Shown piece after piece: positions 59,601-64,000 of a DNA stretch of 64,000 bases; position 1 is the stretch's first letter; each line of letters opens with the position of its first letter. Origin of the DNA: a virus (lineage: Duplodnaviria; Caudoviricetes); the IMG/VR virus record IMGVR_UViG_3300032030_002018, one strand, 5' to 3'. A program made the translations under genes and the position numbers. The notes beneath the pieces were generated by a model. The model saw only the letters and a program-made list of their open reading frames with translations. It ran no database searches and had not been told where the DNA came from.

Positions 59601-60379
59601 ATTGTATCATTTCCGACAATAATACCTATGTCATCTATGTAGTTCTTACCACTTAACGGATTGAAATCATTGTTTGACAGTATATTATCAACATACCCCT
59701 TATATTTGTCACCAAGTGATTTATAATATTCTTCATAAGAGCCTAAACTATTATAATTCAAATAGTTACTATTGTAAAGCGGACTTTTATTCTCTTCAAG
59801 TGGACTTAAATTACCGTACCTACCAGTTTCTTTGTCCAATCTATTTGATATTGAAAATATGTTGTTCTTTACAACGCCATCTGTATTCGCTCCGAATAAT
59901 TCTGCAACAGCTTTGGTTATATAGAATCCCTTGCTTTTCCTTTTATCATTGTATTCTATTGATTTGTCGAGAGTGCCTTTCAATAGAAAGTTTCCCAGTT
60001 TACCTGTTCTTGTGTCATTTTTACCGTTTGGATTTGTTATGATAACAGTATTGCTTGCGTCAGATAATAGGTTTGTTATAACATTGCTGTCAACATATCC
60101 TACCTTATAATCATCTGAATACAAACCATATCCATATACATTCTTGGCATATTCGATATAATTGAAATACCTTTTCTTGTCAGAATCCTCACCAAACCAA
60201 GGTGTTTTATATAGGTTATAATACGGGTCAGATACCCAACTTATAGGTGTCGAGTATCCGTCGTATTTAAAGTCTGCATTTCCTATGTTTCTCCTAAGAT
60301 GTCCAATCATAAAGTCGTAACATCTATTAAGAAGACCTATCTTGCATATTCTATGTGTTCTGTCAAAACTATAAATCAT
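56645..60379 (-). CDS. tail tube-initiator-like protein with inserted OmpA-like domain (start uncertain)
   Basis: Lies between tape measure and LysM genes; tube-fold motifs FIGRGEDIYTY...SLSFKL and PPVCILRIGDFY...IIKNVSINYD. Confidence 0.65.
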   Translation of the reverse strand: MIYSFDRTHRICKIGLLNRCYDFMIGHLRRNIGNADFKYDGYSTPISWVSDPYYNLYKTPWFGEDSDKKRYFNYIEYAKNVYGYGLYSDDYKVGYVDSNVITNLLSDASNTVIITNPNGKNDTRTGKLGNFLLKGTLDKSIEYNDKRKSKGFYITKAVAELFGANTDGVVKNNIFSISNRLDKETGRYGNLSPLEENKSPLYNSNYLNYNSLGSYEEYYKSLGDKYKGYVDNILSNNDFNPLSGKNYIDDIGIIVGNDTIGSNPMRYVFNTSELHSTFSNGNRIESYAENEAGSSPNISGSFNDGIKYGYVSSFELSDTSKNDLINKTNKNFKDDKYKTLIARFHTKATDSFEGDITSSAISKKYGMSKGRNLLKRNPDSSEGYGNPYCRVWTYHHQYKSLADAIRPLSEDGKIITNEELENKYGFKNFRSTDSGVGGTGGKRLDTYGVKNTENGMVNITPNDVVKDIKKCMFSIENLAWKGMFSNALSDEQKGPFGGRIMWFPPYDLKFNESVNVDWKNNTFIGRGEDIYTYGNTSREGSLSFKLLIDHPSVLDFWNGKDYNEEPSEVDDIDSSEQSLLRFFAGCDMLTAKDAPEKTEEVVPEDKENSATTDVLTFFVFFPNDYSGKFDNSQEPSEPICYLLDGVGPMIDRNRRKILSYDMHKWYADPNKNLRVGGYEVQGNGIGVSVVDYNTAYTVGESDFLVAVWHEGSHENLNPPLDGEGGGRRLNIFRQGSTDKKVGKWTYRVDKDNENEILDKEEIDSSGHKYNSTIDYYDTTSYRLNAGGQRDKICEVYGIKDKGKLYSLFDVYIALNEYYEDAFTGYYDEERVLAFRDIVMNHKFSKIVCQGFADSHGITRNKDRNSKLIKNRANTVKLWLQDEKLVECDKYLFKEGAVGGSEGDRGNVSSLENKMYRCVRVDMYVDTDEVNEDKDTIKEVVRGANVGGDSETGDTGVTSVGVTGGTRQVIVDEKSQAQTIGESSERSGGMYLGPVVDDEDEKDTYYNSMPQIKRLDIVAPDEFNDSIRYLDDMTGETIAGDDVIRENTDIDEKKDEIDDFQYSFSSSNHDNEAEFFKLLPLKAPFLHHKITDKIKYFDPAFHSITPEGFNARLTFLHQCTRQGPTVGRSDLTPKTAGNLSFGRPPVCILRIGDFYYTKVIIKNVSINYDPIHWDLNTEGIGVMPMVADVQIGFTFIGGSDLAGPIARLQNAVSFNYYANTGVYDNRSEEVLYNDNGQIDKIKLFP

Positions 60380-60430
60380 ACCAAATAAAAAATACAATTA
60401 TCAGACAAAAAGTATATAATTGCCGTTATT

Positions 60431-63400
60431 TTATGTTCTGTTGTACATCATACTTGTGTTATATGACATACTCTCCTTATTCATCTTACCACCAGTTCCC
60501 TGTGTATTAAGTCTTTCCTTAACCATCTCAACTATCTGTCTTCTGAACTCAGCGTTGTTCATCAACTCATTGAAATCTATTCCAACTCCTCCATTAGCAC
60601 CTTCCAACCTTATTGTACCGCTTATGTTGACATTTATATCAGATACTGTGGTGTTTCCACCTCCATAAATCATTGTCTCACGATATTGTGAAACATTCGA
60701 AGGAACACTTCCTATTGGTTCTGAAGGCTTTACAGTTTCAGTGTAAAGACTTGATATGTTGTCGTTATTTAACTTCCTTACAATAATCTCATTGAACTTG
60801 CTTTCATTGGTTTCCTTTATTGTGTCACTAACCATACCATTAGCATTAGGAGTTTCAATGCCAGCAATCTTATTCACAGCGAACAATATCTTCGATAATA
60901 TTGAATCCTTATCCTCAACATTGTTATCACCAAACACAAAGTTTCCAACTGAATCAAGTATGCTGGATATTGGATTCTTTACATTGCCTCCTTCTTTCTT
61001 TCCGAACAATGAACTTGATATAAGTCCTGCAACGCCAAGCATTCCTGACTTACCACCACTCTTAAGTAGTTCAAATAACGATTTCTGTTCTGCCTTGTTG
61101 AGAATCATCTCGCCACTGTTAGCCATAACGTGTACCTTATCACCAGTGTATGAATCACCAGGAATCATAGCACCAATTGAAGACATAACGCTACTTGCGG
61201 TATTCTCCATCATACCCTCAATGGTATCACTTCCACCCTTGCTTACCAAAAGTCCTTTTTCCGCCTTTTCAGGTATTATTCCACCATTTTCCTCACCGAA
61301 GAAATTGGAAATCTTGTCATATACCCATTTATTGGCATCTGCGATAGGTTTTCCAACAATAGGTATTTTCTCAAAATTGTTCGACATATTGTCAACATAT
61401 TCCTCAATCATACCCTTCTCAGTACCATCATCACGTTTTCCTTCCTCTCTATTCCATTTGGTTATCAAAAGGTCGTGAATTCCAATAGTTGCCATAGCAG
61501 CCTTTTCCATCAACGCAGGGTCTGTAATGTCGGTATAACCAATCTTACCAGTCTCAAAATCAGACTGTTGCTTTAACGCTGCTCTTTCTTCTTTTGATGT
61601 TCTCTTTCCAAGGATGTAATTAACAACATCGCTGTCACGATATTGATTTAAGGCTTCATAAATAGCGCCAGCTGTAGCACCAATAGTAGTTCCAACTCCA
61701 GGAATTACACTTCCATAAGCACCCCATTCCGCGGCACGAGTACCAATATTAAGTAACTTATTAATATGACCACCTTCTTCTATAACACCGCCCGCTACAA
61801 GCCCTTGGTTAAGCAAATCGCCGGCCATTGAGTATAAAGAACCCTTCATAGCCCCTTTAAGGACTGTTCCGGCTACTTTTCCTGCCATTTGTCCGACTGT
61901 TTTGCCAGCAATAGAAGAAACTGCCTTGCTTGTTACTGACGCGGTTGTTTTTTCACCTGCTAAATATGCAGCCGTCATAACTGTATTACCAGCCTTACTT
62001 GCTATACTTTCCTCTTCTTCTTGTATTTCTTCCTGCTTTTCTTCTGTACGCCTTACTCCTGCTAATGCTGAAAGTAATTCATTCCTTTCAATAGCAAGTT
62101 TAACTAACTCGCATATACTACATTCGCCTTCACTAACATTTGTATTAGCACTTGAAATATTTGAAGTAGGCTTTTCTTCTTGAGATTGTTTTGAAGATAA
62201 AAGTTGACTACCAATCATTAATGCAGCCATAGCAATCATACCCTTACCACCGCCGCCTTTGAATTTAAATCCGGAAGAACCTGGTGGTGTTACTCTTCCT
62301 CTTGCAGGAGTTGGTCTTCTATAGCGAACTGTCATACCAGTTCCACCATTTCCTTTTCTGACTCTAATATTCCGCGTTCTAGGTTTAGCAGTCCCGGTTG
62401 ATGATGCTGATGAACCACCTGCTGATGATACTGTTGAACCACCTGCTGATGATGCTGATGAACCACCTGCTGATGATGCTGATGAACCGCCTGCTGATGG
62501 TGCTTGTGTACTTGTTGCTTTACCTTTAAACCAATTCTTTGGATTTAATTTTTGTGACGCTTTGTATGTCCAACCTCCCTTTGCATAATTTCTAGCGAAA
62601 CTTTTACGTATAGCACCATTATGTCCGAAAAGTTTTCTACCTATCATAGGTCCAACGACAGCAGTACCTAGGCTTGCAATACCAATAACCCAACTTGGTA
62701 AAGTGGATACAAGACTTCCTAATGGTTTTAAAATTAAATTCTTAAACCATTGAAATGGTGTACTTAACCAATCTGCTGATGCTGCTTTTACTCCATCAAT
62801 AAAGCCATCCTTTAATTCTGCTGCGCTTGCTGTCTTTTTAGCTTGTTCTTTTAATTGGTCTGATATTGGACCAGTAAGATGTTCCCTAATTGCACGAATA
62901 TCTTTAAACGCATTCTCCTCATTTATGTCGAGTGCTTGATTTTGTGCTATTTCTTCAGCTGTGACTGCTGTTATGGCTTTTTTCTCAATTTCACCATTTT
63001 CTTTGATGATATTGATAACATTCTGTTTGGTTTCAGAGTCAAAATACGACTTATTCTTGATATAAGCCTCTTCAATTGCTCTTTTGTCCTTATCTTTACT
63101 TAACTGATTTCTCTTACTAAGTTCAGCATCAATTATCTTCCTTCTGCTTTCCTGTTTTGCTATATTGGTAAGTTCTTGCGCTGATATACCCATAGCATCA
63201 GCAGCAGCCTTTATCCTATGCATATCAACAGGATTGATTTTCATCTCACCCGTATTCTTATCCATAGTAGCCAAACCACCAACAGCCTTAACAACATCAT
63301 CAAACAACGCTTCTGGGTCTGACCAAGCCTTATACATCATACCCATTGGATTACTTGCAACTGACGCGAAACCACCGCCAAGCATCTGTAATCCTGCCGC

Positions 63401-64000
63401 ATTTTTCAAAGAATCTTCAATGGTGTCAAACTTATCAGTTACACCCATTACGGCATCCATTGATGTTTTTAACTCCTGAGTCTTTAAAACCATACGAGTT
63501 AATCCATCAACACCATTCCTAAAGTTATATTTGTTAAGTTTATCAAGATTTTTTGCAATAGCCTCAGTTGATTTACCAGCGTGTAAACCTAATGCCTTGG
63601 CACGCTGCTGTGCCATAAACATTATATCGCCAGTATCAGTTATTGAAACTCCAACCTTATCAAGACCAACGAGCATATTATTGACGGTTTCTTTGCCAAA
63701 CATCTTTGACATCGCCGTCATATACTCGACATTCTCATCAGTGAAATACGCAGCCCTTTCTGTGGCTTCCATATAAGACTGCTTCATATCTTGTATGGCT
63801 TCGTTTGTCGTGCCATAAACACCAGCAAGTTCCTTTGTATTAACTAACTGTTGAGATGTCAGATTTTTAGCTTGTTCCGCTGACATTCCAGCGGTTCTTG
63901 CCATTTTGTATATTTTATCTTCTGTTTTTTCCCAATAAGAATAAGTGTTCTTTAACCATCTCCAAGCGTCACGAAGAGCATAAACTATTTCGTCATACTT
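60431..64000 (-). CDS. tail tape measure protein (5' end beyond the window)
   Basis: Long helical A/G/M/K-rich ORF; GDKVHVMANSGEMILN motif; the frame stays open from 63904 to the window edge. Confidence 0.8.
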   Translation of the reverse strand, partial: KYDEIVYALRDAWRWLKNTYSYWEKTEDKIYKMARTAGMSAEQAKNLTSQQLVNTKELAGVYGTTNEAIQDMKQSYMEATERAAYFTDENVEYMTAMSKMFGKETVNNMLVGLDKVGVSITDTGDIMFMAQQRAKALGLHAGKSTEAIAKNLDKLNKYNFRNGVDGLTRMVLKTQELKTSMDAVMGVTDKFDTIEDSLKNAAGLQMLGGGFASVASNPMGMMYKAWSDPEALFDDVVKAVGGLATMDKNTGEMKINPVDMHRIKAAADAMGISAQELTNIAKQESRRKIIDAELSKRNQLSKDKDKRAIEEAYIKNKSYFDSETKQNVINIIKENGEIEKKAITAVTAEEIAQNQALDINEENAFKDIRAIREHLTGPISDQLKEQAKKTASAAELKDGFIDGVKAASADWLSTPFQWFKNLILKPLGSLVSTLPSWVIGIASLGTAVVGPMIGRKLFGHNGAIRKSFARNYAKGGWTYKASQKLNPKNWFKGKATSTQAPSAGGSSASSAGGSSASSAGGSTVSSAGGSSASSTGTAKPRTRNIRVRKGNGGTGMTVRYRRPTPARGRVTPPGSSGFKFKGGGGKGMIAMAALMIGSQLLSSKQSQEEKPTSNISSANTNVSEGECSICELVKLAIERNELLSALAGVRRTEEKQEEIQEEEESIASKAGNTVMTAAYLAGEKTTASVTSKAVSSIAGKTVGQMAGKVAGTVLKGAMKGSLYSMAGDLLNQGLVAGGVIEEGGHINKLLNIGTRAAEWGAYGSVIPGVGTTIGATAGAIYEALNQYRDSDVVNYILGKRTSKEERAALKQQSDFETGKIGYTDITDPALMEKAAMATIGIHDLLITKWNREEGKRDDGTEKGMIEEYVDNMSNNFEKIPIVGKPIADANKWVYDKISNFFGEENGGIIPEKAEKGLLVSKGGSDTIEGMMENTASSVMSSIGAMIPGDSYTGDKVHVMANSGEMILNKAEQKSLFELLKSGGKSGMLGVAGLISSSLFGKKEGGNVKNPISSILDSVGNFVFGDNNVEDKDSILSKILFAVNKIAGIETPNANGMVSDTIKETNESKFNEIIVRKLNNDNISSLYTETVKPSEPIGSVPSNVSQYRETMIYGGGNTTVSDINVNISGTIRLEGANGGVGIDFNELMNNAEFRRQIVEMVKERLNTQGTGGKMNKESMSYNTSMMYNRT
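62402..62497 (-). repeat. four 24-bp in-frame repeats (SAGGSSAS) in the tape measure gene
   Basis: tgatgatgctgatgaaccacctgc units. Confidence 0.85.

Noticed and set aside
60756-61478. Long antisense ORFs (also 16451-16852, 17687-18112, 48210-48764 and many others in the track)
   Set aside because: Shadows of codon bias in real opposite-strand genes; I/S/L/F-rich, with no supporting signals
1-64000. TAG-to-Gln recoding (code 15) as in Lak and some crAss-like phages
   Set aside because: ORFs up to 2349 aa are intact in the standard code, and TAG ends genes that abut or overlap the next gene (12739, 29400, 30011, 38952, 47865)
1-64000. tRNA, rRNA, integrase or transposase
   Set aside because: None recognised; intergenic gaps are short and mostly accounted for by promoters and terminators (tRNAscan not run)

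Overview
A 64-kb segment of a large, AT-rich, T4-like contractile-tailed (probably jumbo) phage read in the standard genetic code. The host is very likely a Bacteroidota species, judged from canonical TTTG-N20-TAnnTTTG promoters, a Bacteroidota-style lipoprotein and anaerobic NrdDG. Most genes lie on the minus strand. The tail/baseplate genes include a truncated tape measure, a tube-fold protein, a LysM/gp53-like wedge, a 2349-aa hub-like protein, a gp5-like spike, gp25- and gp6-like wedges and several 900-1200-aa proteins. The replication/nucleotide block has a gp32-like SSB, tdk, uvsX, metK, a 5'-3' exonuclease, a helicase and nrdDG. A glycosyltransferase cluster precedes a gp55-like late sigma factor, and there are short accessory islands. 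The most notable signal is a ~26-aa leader, MKKRIRLTESDLHRIVNxSVKRxLxE, conserved at the protein level and fused to four unrelated cargo sequences. These genes sit behind a putative late promoter (ATATTTAT), and two of them form tandem cassettes with conserved flanks. This suggests a modular capsid-targeting/protein-delivery system. Other notable items are an unlisted 58-aa lipoprotein with six Bacteroidota O-glycosylation sequons, a terminator plus structured RNA in front of the late sigma gene, and an OmpA-like domain inserted in a tail protein. All family assignments come from motif recognition by eye; no database searches were run.
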